Positions 11,128-22,800 of a stretch of 43,103 nucleotides of DNA are shown in pieces. This DNA comes from Hydrurus foetidus (Eukaryota), in NCBI GenBank assembly GCA_900617105.1, contig UYFQ01000560.1:1-43103 (forward strand). Reading direction: 5' to 3'. Numbering within the stretch: the first letter of the stretch is position 1; every line of letters starts with the position of its first letter. The notes beneath the pieces are model-generated. The model searched no databases. It had not been told where the DNA came from and saw only the letters and a program-made list of their open reading frames with translations. A program made the translations under genes and the position numbers.

Positions 11128-12009
11128 CTTGTCTGAAGAGCTGCTTAGAAGGCGGCTCTGATCGGAGTGCTTCTTGATTGAATTCCTCTAAGATCTCTTC
11201 CTCTTGAAAATAAAATTGCAAGAGGTTTGCCTCTTGCCGTATCGGTTGGACAGGTGTCTGATCGATTTGAGCAAAATAAGCAGGTAAGAAAATATCAAAA
11301 GTCTTCGGCAAGGAGTACTTGAAATCCGATCTTCGGCTCATCAACAGGTCTCTGTTGGAGAATCCAAAGTAGCAGATGAGGGCTGCTCTGAGTCTTGAAA
11401 CAGGCTTGAATTCCTGCTGATGATTGCTCACTAAGTCTTGTGCAATTCAGATAGGGAATATCTATGTTGCTTCAAACAGAAATTGACTTCTGTTCTTCAG
11501 CTGGCGTCGAAACGGCTTAGAGCTGGCAACCGACGTGGCGATCGGGTATCCGTGAAGATCTTGAGCTGTCCTCCTTTGAAGATCTTGAAGGCGATAAGAT
11601 TTCCTGGATGCTTGGAAGTCTTGATCGGCTTATGAAATTCAAATAGGGGATACCTATGTTTCACCGATATCGTTGGGTTGCGCGAAACGTGTCGTTAAGT
11701 TGACAACGTTTGCTTCCAATCCTGAGTTCTCCAACCAAATGCTTTGGAAGGACTTCTAGCAACTCGGTGGGCCGCGTGAACAGAAGTCTAGCTAAATAGA
11801 TGGATGGTAGTAGAGGGCCAGGTAGTAGAATTTAGAGGGGAAAGCGGAGCGAGTAGATCTACTGTGGTCCAAAGAAGCCAGAAGAGGCAGCATGGTAGTT
11901 TAGGCTTACAACGGAAAGAGAGGGGGTGAGCTTGCAGAGCTGTAAAACTCTGCATGCAAAGGTTGCAAGGTAAGCTAACAAGCTGCGAGATGTCAGAGGG
12001 ACTCTCAGC

Positions 12010-15000
12010 TAGGCATTTGTGGGGCGGGGACCCGCCAAAACACAGCCGGAATTGGCAAGATCTTCGGCGCCAAATTGCCAAAAGCTTCAAAAACATCCAG
12101 AATTTGAATTTTATGTATGAAATATGATCGTAGTCACTGTCAAATGACATAAAAGGCACTAATATAGACCTAATATGAATACAGCATAAGTGACCGACCT
12201 ATTTTAGCCGCCCAGTCGTGCAGCCATCATTCTAAACTGAGCACCACGACTTACACAACAGCTCAAGTCGCAGCATTTCGTTGCACTTTAGTATTTGAAA
12301 TGGAATTGACCGATGAGGAGTTGGCCGTCGAGCTCGCACGGAAAAAGCGACAGCTTATGGAGAAGCGGAAGTCAGATGAGGTCAATGTTGCGGCAGAGAA
12401 GAGAAGAAGATTATTATTAGAATTAAGTGAAATCAATTTGGAACTCTATTCAAATTCCTCAAGTACTTCCAGCTCCTCGAGTTCGTCCAGCTCCTCGAGT
12501 TCCTCGAGTTCGTCGTGCTCTTCATCGATACCATTGGTCCCGTCGCCGTCTGAGGCGTCTCCAATTGTTGATGTCGTCGCAGCACCGAAGCCAAAAAATA
12601 GCATGTTTACATACTGGGCCACCAAAAACAACAGCATAGCGAATGTCGAGAACGCTGACGCTCAGCGCGTAAGTGGGGCGAAAATAAACGGAGAGAGTCG
12701 ACAATCAAATCTTCATCGGGAAAGAAAAGTTGCTCATGGATCACAGAACCCATCAAAAAATTCAGCTGCCACTAGAGCGTGCAGCCAATCAGCTTGGCTA
12801 TCTATATGCAGGAAGCTCTCCGAGGACGCACAGATATTCATTAGCTACAATCCGGCTGAGAAAAGGATTTGGTGCTCCGCATGCGTATGCTTCGTTTGTG
12901 ACGACAACGTGGAGGAGCACATCACTACTACTAAGCACAAGAAGGCGGCGAGGCTGGCGACAGATGAAAATGTGCATCAGACAAGTCTAGAAAACGCGAT
13001 CAAAATCTCAGATACTTTGAGCAATTTTACACCTGGAAAGATCCATCTCTTTCGGTGTGAATTAGTTCGCACACTTTTGACAGCAGCGCTACCGATAAGC
13101 AAAGCAGATGACTTTCGCCCGTTCCTGGAGAAGTGGTCCAAGATGCAGTCCACTGATTCATCCAACTTGTTCAGAGAGTATCTCCCGATAATCAAGGTAA
13201 GTGTGAGATGATTTGTAACATGCTGCGAGCTGCGACGATCGACGAGCTGCGACGAATGTAAAAAATCTGGGGGAAAAAATCTTAAATTATCTTAAATTAT
13301 CTTATTTTTTTTTTAATTGATCGCACTGCAGGAAGAGGAACTACAGCTTCTAAGAAGTGAAATCAACGGTCGTCCGCTTCGAATTTCCTTCGATGAAACA
13401 ACCATTCAATTGGTAGTACTATGTGTCATTGTGGCTTTTGTCGATTCTAAAGGGCAGATGCAGGAGCGTGTACTAAAACTAGCACTTTACAACGAGGCGC
13501 CGGAGGAAAAATTGACTAATCAAATGAGCGATCATATAATTCATGCAATTGAAGAAGTCTTAGCAGTTCCTCGATATTTGATAAAAGTGTTTACGAGAGA
13601 TGGCGTTTATCTAAATGAGTTATGCATGATGAAGCTTTGTGGTGGCAAAGTAGTAGATCCAAATACCAATAGAGAAATTAGGATGCGCGGCATATATCCT
13701 GATGCAATAAATATCAAATATTTGTCTCATACACTCGACAATTGCGGCGCTGATTACACCGTTCGGGGAACAAAATTCAATAGAATAGAGGGACAGAATG
13801 CTAAGAAGATTTACAATCAAATCAATGGTTTATTTAGCAGTCCTGGAAAAAGTGCTAACATCGATTGGAGCAGTTACGCGGGTAGTACCATGCCATCAGT
13901 CTCACAGACGCGTTGGTGGAGTCGAGAGGAGTTTTGGGAATATTTGGTGCAGTATTTGAAGTATGACGGCGGGGATGAGACGGCATGGTTTGATGAATGG
14001 GTCAAGCTGCGAGGTTCCAAATTAAGAAGTGATAAAAAGAGCGTTGGAGTGCACTTGGCGAAACTTGAGGAATATTTTGTTCCGGGCTCTGTTGGTTACG
14101 ATGAAAAGTTCATAGTACATGAATCATAGAAATAGCGGTGGTGGTTGATGTAACAAAGAAGGTACGAGAGGCAACATATCTTATCGAAGGTAATGGGCCC
14201 ATAGCAGTTATGATCGTTGAAATCCTCGATGCAGTCAATCGCTACTATTCATCGACTTACGAAAGCATAGACTATCCAAATGTAAGGCTACACATAGCCA
14301 ATGCAGTAGCTTTGAAGATTCTACCTCCCGGGTATAAAGCCCCTGCAGTTGTAAGGGTCGAAGGTTTACCAACTCCAGCTGAAGCAGACTGTTCTGAAAC
14401 GGATGCTGTGCCAGCTCTCCCTACTGACGCTGATGAACGCCAGATTGATCGTCCCGACATCGCTGCACATCTCGGTGCAGCAGATCTAGAAGTTGCGTGG
14501 GACTATGAGGATGCATGGATAGCGTACTGTCTACAGATAAGTGCGCCGTATATGAAGTACTTTTCAGATATGGTTATGGCACACAATTGCATGCCTATTT
14601 GGAGGGCAGCGAGTACGGCAGATCCACTGAATATGCAAAGGAAGACGATAACCCCAAGAGATCTCCGACTCGCTGTGGAACCCTTGGTTTCAAAGCTTAT
14701 TACATCAGCACTGCTTGATACAATGATCGCAGAGCTCTCCGAGTATGAAAGAGCCTGTAGTACACTAGACTGGGGTGATGACACATATGCTAAACGGCTA
14801 GTGAATGTTTTAGATTTTTGGGCTTCACACAAACTTCTCCCTGCCTGGACTGAATTTGCGCACACTGTATTTTTGCTGCAGCCGACATCAGCTTGTGTTG
14901 AGCGCGCTTTTTCTATCCTCAAGTACGTAATGGGCGATCAGAGATGAGATCATTAAGAGATAAAATTGAAGGCTCATTGATGTTAAGATTCAATAGCGGC

Positions 15001-15227
15001 ATTAAGAGATAATTTTTTGAATTGTTATTGGGTGTCTCGAATAGCATAATTGACCAATAAACAACGATTTAAGTACATTCGCGCCAGAAGTATCGTGCTT
15101 TTTAGCACCTAAACAAGCTTCTGGCAATTTGGCATCAGTTCCAGAATTCTTGCCAAAACTGCCAGAAACAGCTTTTCTACTGCCAGCCAAAAGGGTCGTA
15201 TTTCCGTCCCCGCCCCACATTTACCTA
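12010..15227 (+). mobile_element. hAT-superfamily DNA transposon (3218 bp)
   Basis: 22-bp TIRs TAGGCATTTGTGGGGCGGGGAC / TAGGTAAATGTGGGGCGGGGAC (19/22 match); 8-bp TSD CTCTCAGC (12002-12009, 15228-15235); empty site in the sister LTR at 6440-6447; subterminal inverted repeats. Confidence 0.95.
12300..15012 (+). pseudogene. hAT transposase with one intron (13197-13331) and two frameshifts (~14120, ~14942)
   Basis: C2H2-like finger CSAC..HITTTKH; catalytic ISFDETT, TRDG and SACVERAFS; TRWWS motif; C-terminal hAT dimerisation region; in-phase GT-AG intron. Confidence 0.88.
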
Positions 15228-15817
15228 CTCTCAGCCACATGTACAAATGGCTATACGGTACTAGAGAGGGTAGGAATGTGGTACTAAATCCTGTACCATC
15301 ACACTGTCAGTATACAGTTTGATGTTTTGACATGCTAACCACTTCTTATTAAAAGAGACGATATGACATCACGTCGTTATACCTGTACTAGTTTACTTCA
15401 TTGCTGCTCTGACTAGGCTTGCAATTCACGAAGTACATTCTCAACGATTCACTAGGAACCTACCAGTTCGGTACCGGGATCAGTTATCCCTAAATGAACT
15501 GGTTTTAGCTTGATATTACGGTGCCTGCATCCTGCATGCAGACTGAGCAAATTTTGAAAAGTTGAAGCACCCTAATGATTTTCTTGTTGAATATTCTGTT
15601 GAAAATCTTCAAATTTTAATGATTCAGTTATTCAAGGGGCAAGAGCTAGAGAGACCGGGGTAAAAGGACCCCCCGCAATCGAATCTACCCGCGTTGAATA
15701 TCCAACTGGTACCAAGATTTGATCAAAATCTTCACAAGTCTGCCTGCGACAACCTCCACTACTCCCATTTCAAGTACCAGCTTACGTTTGAGGTACCTCA
15801 GAAACGACAACAACAGC

Positions 15818-17778
15818 ATGGTCACTGCACTGAACCCACCAGCTCCCGTGGCATGGCTACTGTTCCTTCTGGTTCTAGCCTTTACTTCAAGTCAGTCTGC
15901 AAGAGCACTCAATGTCGACGGAAGCATGACGATGCTTGAGTTGGAGATGGCAGAGAAGGGCTCCTTCACCTACGCCTCTCTTCCAGAAAGTGGCATGGAA
16001 CAGCTTTTTGAGGAGTATCTGCTCAAATACTCGCGCAAGGTGAAGTGCAGGCAGTTACATTAATAGTCATATCTGCTCAGGGTACCAGTTTACTCACGTC
16101 ACTTGTTCATTATCATAGTATGCGACGGTTGCAGAGCGGAATGAGCGTTACCAAAACTTCAAGGAATCTTTGGTAGAGTTAGACGTTCTCAACGCTTCTA
16201 AAGTTATGGACAAAGGCACAGCGGTGTTCGGTATCGCCGTATTCGCTGATCTCTCTGCAGCGGAATTTAAAGCGCAGTACCTCGGTGTCGTACCCCCAAG
16301 TAAATTTTCACGAGAAATAATCAAAGCGGGCTATGTACCGGCATACCAGGGCACAGCGACATCTGTTGATTGGACTGCAACACTGACAACTCCAATTAAA
16401 AATCAAGGAGGATGCCGCTCTTGCTGGTAAGCAATGTAGTACTTCAAAGTCGCCATTTTTAAAGCCTTGTGAAGCTTGCACATGAGTAAAAGCATAATTT
16501 AGTGCGTAATCTGCTTTCACGTATCTAATCACAATCGCTCAATGTTACGAACCGAACATTCAACCTACAGGGCCTTTTCCGCAACAGCCCAGATCGAGTC
16601 CGACTCTATCAAGGCAGGGCTGACAACGCCATCGACGATATTATCTGTGCAACAAATCACCAAATGGTAAGCAAAGCGAAAAGAACTCTTCTTTGACTCA
16701 ATCATGACATGACAGCGCATAAACTCTCAATCTTCATTGTTGCCATCTACAGCACCTATGGATCAAGTGGCTGTCAAGGGGGCTGGCCACAAACTGCCTA
16801 CAACTACGTCCGCAATATTGGTGGTATCACATTCAACCACCTCTATCCGTACGACATTCCTGCACCCACATGCAACAAGGATAAGAAGGACTTCACCGTC
16901 AAGGTCCTTGACCACTACGCTATAACTGGGGAGCAGAGAATGATCGATTACGTCCTAGGTGGAGGAACGCTGTCGGTCGTTGTTGATGCTACCAACTGGG
17001 GTGCCTACAAGAGCGGTGTCTACTCTAGCTGTGTAGGACAACATATCATCAATCACGCCGTCAATATTGTGGGCGTCAATGTACCTGGCGGCTACTGGAT
17101 CATCCGCAACTCCTGGGGCACATGGTGGGGCGAGAAAGGCTACATGAAGCTCGCTCTGGTATGCGCACAACCACTATCATGATGTTACTAACAATATCAT
17201 CTCATATTCTTGCAACGATCGATCACAGTTTATCAGATCAGTAACGATCATAACCCCATTACTCCTCCTCTCTCGTACCCAGGGTGTCAATATGTGCGGT
17301 ATAACCACGCACCCCGACCTACGTGACGGTCGCCACCGTGTCTAGAAAACCCACTGCCGAACCAACATCCCAGCCTTCTTACAGACCGGGAGGTATACCT
17401 GTCGCGGAGCCCACACCAAGACCGGTACCCAAACCTCTCGCCAGGCCCACATCCAGACCGGTACCCAAACCTCTCCAGACCAGGCCCCCACATCCAGACC
17501 GGTACCCAAACCTGTCGCCAGGCCCACATCCAGACCGGTACCCAAACCTGTCACCAGGCCCACATTCAGACCGGTACCCAAACCTGTCACCAGGCCCACA
17601 TCCAGACCGGTACCCAAACCTGTCGCGAAGCCCGCATCCAGACCGGTACCCAAACCTCTCAAGCCGCCCACCGCTGTTCCTCCTCGTCCTGCGTCACACC
17701 CGACAAGAAGACCGAGAAGATCCGCAACTGCTTCGGCCAAGTGATCCCGCAACCGCTGCAATCACTGAGCATTCATAA
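15818..17778 (+). CDS. Papain-family (C1A) cysteine protease with signal peptide, I29 prodomain and Pro-rich C-terminal repeat; 5 exons (15818-16039, 16119-16426, 16571-16666, 16753-17158, 17283-17778, or to 17744 if the frameshift is corrected)
   Basis: ERFNIN-like ERNERYQNF and FADLS..EF; catalytic QGGCRSCWAFS, INHAV and RNSWG; GCQGG; all four GT-AG introns join in phase. Confidence 0.92.
17410..17663 (+). repeat. 36-bp coding minisatellite, about 7 units (PTSRPVPKPVxR)
   Basis: Unit CCCACATCCAGACCGGTACCCAAACCTGTCRCCAGG. Confidence 0.93.
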
Positions 17779-18294
17779 TCTTTCCTTAAAGCATCAAATA
17801 TCTGTTGGCGCCAGCCTCGCTTCTATAGTCTAGTTAGTCCCCTTATAGTATCACTTCACAGGACGCCACACCACAACCCGATCGGAATACCGCCAACATC
17901 TTGCCGTGAACTTCAATCACCTTCCCGCTTTGTCTTCACCCACATGATCTGCACCGACCTAGTCGCGCACATCCACCACATCCACCATATTATTTACTTC
18001 TCAAGGTGCCTATTATTTGATACACATATACTTCACACTCCACGTCACGGTGTACTGCTATTCGTATTTAATCAAAACTGCGTTTTTATCACCGTAAGCT
18101 TCTTTGTTTCTTCAACAGAGAATCTTCACTGACAACTGCCGCCAACTCGGCTGGACAATATGGTGGTGGTGGTGCACTTTCTTCTCCGCTTTATCATCAT
18201 GGTAAAGGTCATCAAGATGGATTGAAATCATCAGAGACACCGGATGCCTCTAAGTCAACATTCTCAGCACTTGTTCTACAACACATTCCCACAG

Positions 18295-18570
18295 ATAGTC
18301 CAAGAGAACGAGAGGTCATTAGGAACTCAGAAACAAATATTCTCTTTCATCCTAGAAGAAGGTGAAACAGTTTTTGTGCCAAGTGGATGGAGTCATGCGG
18401 TTTTGAACTTGGAAGAATCAGTTGCAGTCACCCACAACTTCGTCTGTAAGAACAATACGTACTTGTTCCTCAACTGGTTCCGCAGTAATCGTGAAGTACT
18501 GAATCTCAGCAAAGAAGAGCATGAGGAGTGCTTAGCCATCTTAGAAACAGCACATCAGAGAAGAAAATGA
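18295..18570 (+). pseudogene. Orphan 3' exon encoding a JmjC domain C-terminus
   Basis: LEEGETVFVPSGWSHAVLNLEESVAVTHNF is the typical JmjC C-terminal motif with the third metal ligand His; CAG acceptor at 18292-18294; no upstream HxD exon identified. Confidence 0.7.
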
Positions 18571-19820
18571 AGAGTGCTTAGCTATCTTATAAATGTGTAC
18601 TATAAGGTCTTCATACCCATCCTTATTACATCGCTGAAGAAGAAGAATAAATTTAAAGATACGAATATTGCATTTATGTTAGTCATCATTATTCGAATAG
18701 TTTGGATTCTAAAAAAATATTGGGGGATAAACTGTATGGTGATTCCGCCTCTACATAACAAAAGTCAAATAACATGACACTGGAATTGAAGGAAAATATG
18801 TGTCATACGTGTCGTACGTTACTCATTAAGTTTATCCCCCAGCTGGTAGATACATCGCAACGGGTACCCCCCACAATAGATAATGATAAAAATGAAATAC
18901 TGTGACAAAGAAACTAGAACAACAACTTACACTTGACGGTTGACTGTACACGTACAAGACTGTATACATGTACAGTATTTAGTATTTTATTTATACCTAC
19001 GGCAGTTGCGGGGGGTCGGTGTAACATACAAACTGAATTATTCTGAATTCGAACACTCCGAACTTATACCTCCTTTGACAAATCGAGGATGTTTTCATCA
19101 TTATCAGGCAGACCACCTCACATCTCTCATTGCCTGTTGAAACATCGCGATCAATTGTGCGTCTCAACTTGAACGGGGTAGAAACAAAAAGTTGTCTCAA
19201 CTTCGCGCGCTGTTCTGAAGAAGTTCTAAATAATATGATTATCAAAACCAGTAGTATGTCTCCGTTAGCATTATCTGCTCTGTTTATTGCTTTGAGGTGC
19301 TACCTCCCAAAAGTGTCCAGCCAGACAATTGGCAACGATACTCATCCTAACACGATGCAGGGCCGTGGATTTTGGTCAACAATACCGATGCCAGTGATCA
19401 GCCACTTCGCAGGTGACAAGTCTCGCAAAAATCCCACAATTTGGTGACGGAGGCACAAATGCCGAGAAGTTTCGAATGCAGATCTCTCACGCATTCATAT
19501 ATGTTACCATTTCTCGACGACTCGTGTTATTGGGAGGCTTTGATGCTGATATTTGGACTGAAACTGAAGCAGCAAATTCTTCAGACAGAGAATAATCTAT
19601 AACGAAAGTTGGACTATTTTAGCTGCAAGCTCTTTTCAGATGACTTGCAGTCAATGCAGCTGAATATCAACCTCGCAAACACACCATCATGGAGTAGAAA
19701 ATATTGTCTTAGGACATTATCACGAAGAGCTGAGCTTTAATTAGTAGGATAATTAGATATTGATCTTCACCTCGCATGTATGATTCACCTTCTGCACCCA
19801 CCCACTTGACTCCTCAACAG

Positions 19821-22800
19821 GATTCGGCTTCAAAGCTCCAACGGATGAAGCTATTTGGGCTCAGGCGAAGCAAAATGCCATGGATGGAAAGCCTATTCTC
19901 TTGAACGAAGGTCAGTTTCTCCCGTCTTTTTCATCCATGAAGCTGTTTCTTCAATTTACTGTCTGCTCTAGTACACATTCTGTAGAGAATTCTTCAATAT
20001 ATATGTAATTGTCCCTTTTGCTAACGATATTGGCAGTCTTTAAGGTTATAAAGAATCACAAGATGGTGCTCAGAGGAGAGGTGATGAGCAGGAGGAAGAT
20101 ACCTGATGTTTATCTATGCGAGAGATCTGGCTTTGCAGGACTCGCCAATTTTACTGAAGAGAGGTAAGATAATAGTGTTTCTCAGAGTATGTAAGGATCG
20201 CTTCATAGATATTACTGTGTAGATCACTTAGTACAGGACGATGCCCACACAGCTGATGCACAGATGAGGGTAGAGGAGTAGATTATTAACATTCTCAAAT
20301 TCGTGATGCTGACTATCATAAATCACTTATGTACATCACCTCTCAAACAGCGTTTGAATCAGGCGTCATCTTGCTGTAATCTTGAATGTCCTTTTCATAT
20401 GACAATTATGCGATAACTTATTTAAATTATGTGGGTATGGAATGCATAGAGCACCGATAGCTTACATGGCAGCACCGGATGCAGAGAACTGCATGTTCAG
20501 TGTCAGGCGGGCAACAGAGTCACTCTTGAAGTACCCCGACAAGGTCAACAAGGAAGTACCCCCCCAGGGATTTGTTGGACTGGGCAGTTTCGATGAAAAC
20601 TGGGGCTGGCTCAGGTATTAAGTGAAGTTGGCAACTTCGCAATACCTGGGTGTTTACTGACTGGTATAGAGATTCAGCATGAAGTGTGTGTGGTTGACTT
20701 CAGAGGGATGCAAGGACTGACACACTACACGCCATAATTCGATCTGGAAGAACTTCCCCACTGTTGTTCTTCTTACACTTCAAACTAGAATTGAAATGCA
20801 CAGCCATGCAATTTTCCCTCACTCATCCTCTTCACATCATTTGCTCAGCACTCACATTCTGAACCGCTCCACAACCTGGGAGTTTAGGTTCAACGATAGC
20901 GAGACAGGTACACGTATCCATCGGTTCGTCTGTGTGAGCATGGGTCACACTGACACTGACACTGACTGTCATCTAATCCGCTTTTCATGTTCATCTGAAT
21001 TGTACTTTAAAATGCGCTTTGGCCACACTCAATACTATTGTTTAGCTGAGGTGCAATTACGGTGATTTTCCGCAATCACATCGCCCAATCGACTTCCATT
21101 TAATGTTAGTGTGTTGCACTCACCCTCCTCTATCGTTCCTCTATTCTCTGGTCCAATGCATTCACCAGCGATACCACCTCCTAATGGTCAGCTAGGAGAC
21201 GTTCTCCCTTTCCTTGACTACGAGAGACTCATCATGATAGCAGTCAATCAACACCACAATGTAAGTCCAGCACGTAGACGTGACTGACAGTAGTGATGAA
21301 GATATGTGGTCAAAGTAGTGATGATTTGTTACAGATAATCTACTCAAGCATAATGCCAGCCGTCCTGTTGATCTTTTTCTTCAAATTGCAGATAACGCAT
21401 CCAAAAGTGATTTCTATCCCCTTGGGTATTAAGGATCACATGGCCGAATCGACGTTCACTCAAGGGAAAGCATTTCTAAATGAGGACAAGAGGTGCCCTT
21501 TCACATGCATCTGTCTGCGTGTGTGTGTGTCTGTCTATCCATCCGTTTCAGAATCTGCATATAAGTATGATTGCGGCGCAATGCTCTTCTGTGCATGTGA
21601 TCTCTTCTGCATCTGTCCACGCACGAGAATGGTTTATTGTGTACGTAAAGAGTGTATCTGACTTCTCAATTTTATGGGATGCCACATTTACAGAACTACT
21701 ACCCTGATGCTTGCCGCTACATCGGATTGGGGAGCGAGGCCACACATGTTGAAGTGCGTCCAAGATAACATAGGTGCATGAGTTAGTAGGCAGATAGATA
21801 AATGAGTTGACATGCTCCTTGATTGGTCTTACTACTTTCGAAAAGTCACATAACAGCCTAGTTGAAGAAGATAAACATGAACATCTATGAAGTCCTTAGT
21901 GAGAAGAGTTCTTCACCGACACTACACCTCACCACTAGATATTGATAGCTCCCAATATGCTTTTTAAAGTCGCTTTGTACGCATACGTGTGTAGGGGTGT
22001 TCTTGCAAGTGAACGGACAAATGCACCGTACGAAGTACATTGATCGTCTGCTGTCTTCTGCCACCGTGCTGTGCCTGCCTGGTCTAGGCTACGACACTTA
22101 CAGAGTCTTCGAGGTGCTGATGGCAGGGTGAGTGTTGTGCTTCCAGATTGCATGGCGGGTGCTCGCAGGATACCTCCCGGCCATGGCTGTGAGTTACGTT
22201 GTGAAAGGAGATGTAGAGATTGTTCCATAGAGATTTTTTTCCAATCCGTGTGTGCTAGCGAGCGTCTGAACCTCTTGCCTTGCAATCAATTGAACCCGTT
22301 CCGTTCCGTCCCTTTTCGTCCCTTACTTCCCATAGTGCAATGCCGGTGCTAGAGCGAGGCACTGGGTTGGACCGGTCCTTCCACAGGTTACCTGTGCTGC
22401 TGGTTGACGACTTCTCCATGATCACTCCAGACTTGCTCAGACAGGTAGGCAGGGATTGTAAAGGAGAGAGGACACAGATGAGAAGAAACGAGAGAGCCAG
22501 CAGGGGCAATCGCGATCGTGTGCGCTGTCGCACTGCGCAGCATCGCATCAATTAGCCAAATATACCTCACCTCACTGACATTGTACCGCACCTCACAATG
22601 ATGTAGGCGTATGTTGAGGCGCTGTATCACGCAGAGCAGAAAGAGTGGGACTATCGGAGAATAACTCAGCACTGGTGGGATTCGCTACTAAAAGATGTGA
22701 GCATTCTCTCTCGATCAGTTCATCTATCTTCTCACCCGCTACACCTCATCTCATCTCATCTCAGATGTCGGTGACCCTTTCTTGTTTTCATGTCCTCACT

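Larger units (their letters stand above)
6309..15303 (-). mobile_element. Element D: fully bounded Ty3/Gypsy chromodomain LTR retrotransposon, non-autonomous, with nested MITE and hAT
   Basis: Paired TG..CA LTRs (6309-6515; 11863-12009 + 15236-15303) differ by 7 substitutions and one 8-bp indel (hand count). 4-bp TSD CTGT at 6305-6308 and 15304-15307. Confidence 0.93.
11863..15303 (-). repeat. 5' LTR of element D (215 bp), split by the hAT insertion
   Basis: 11863-12009 joined to 15236-15303 reconstructs a copy of 6309-6515. Confidence 0.92.
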
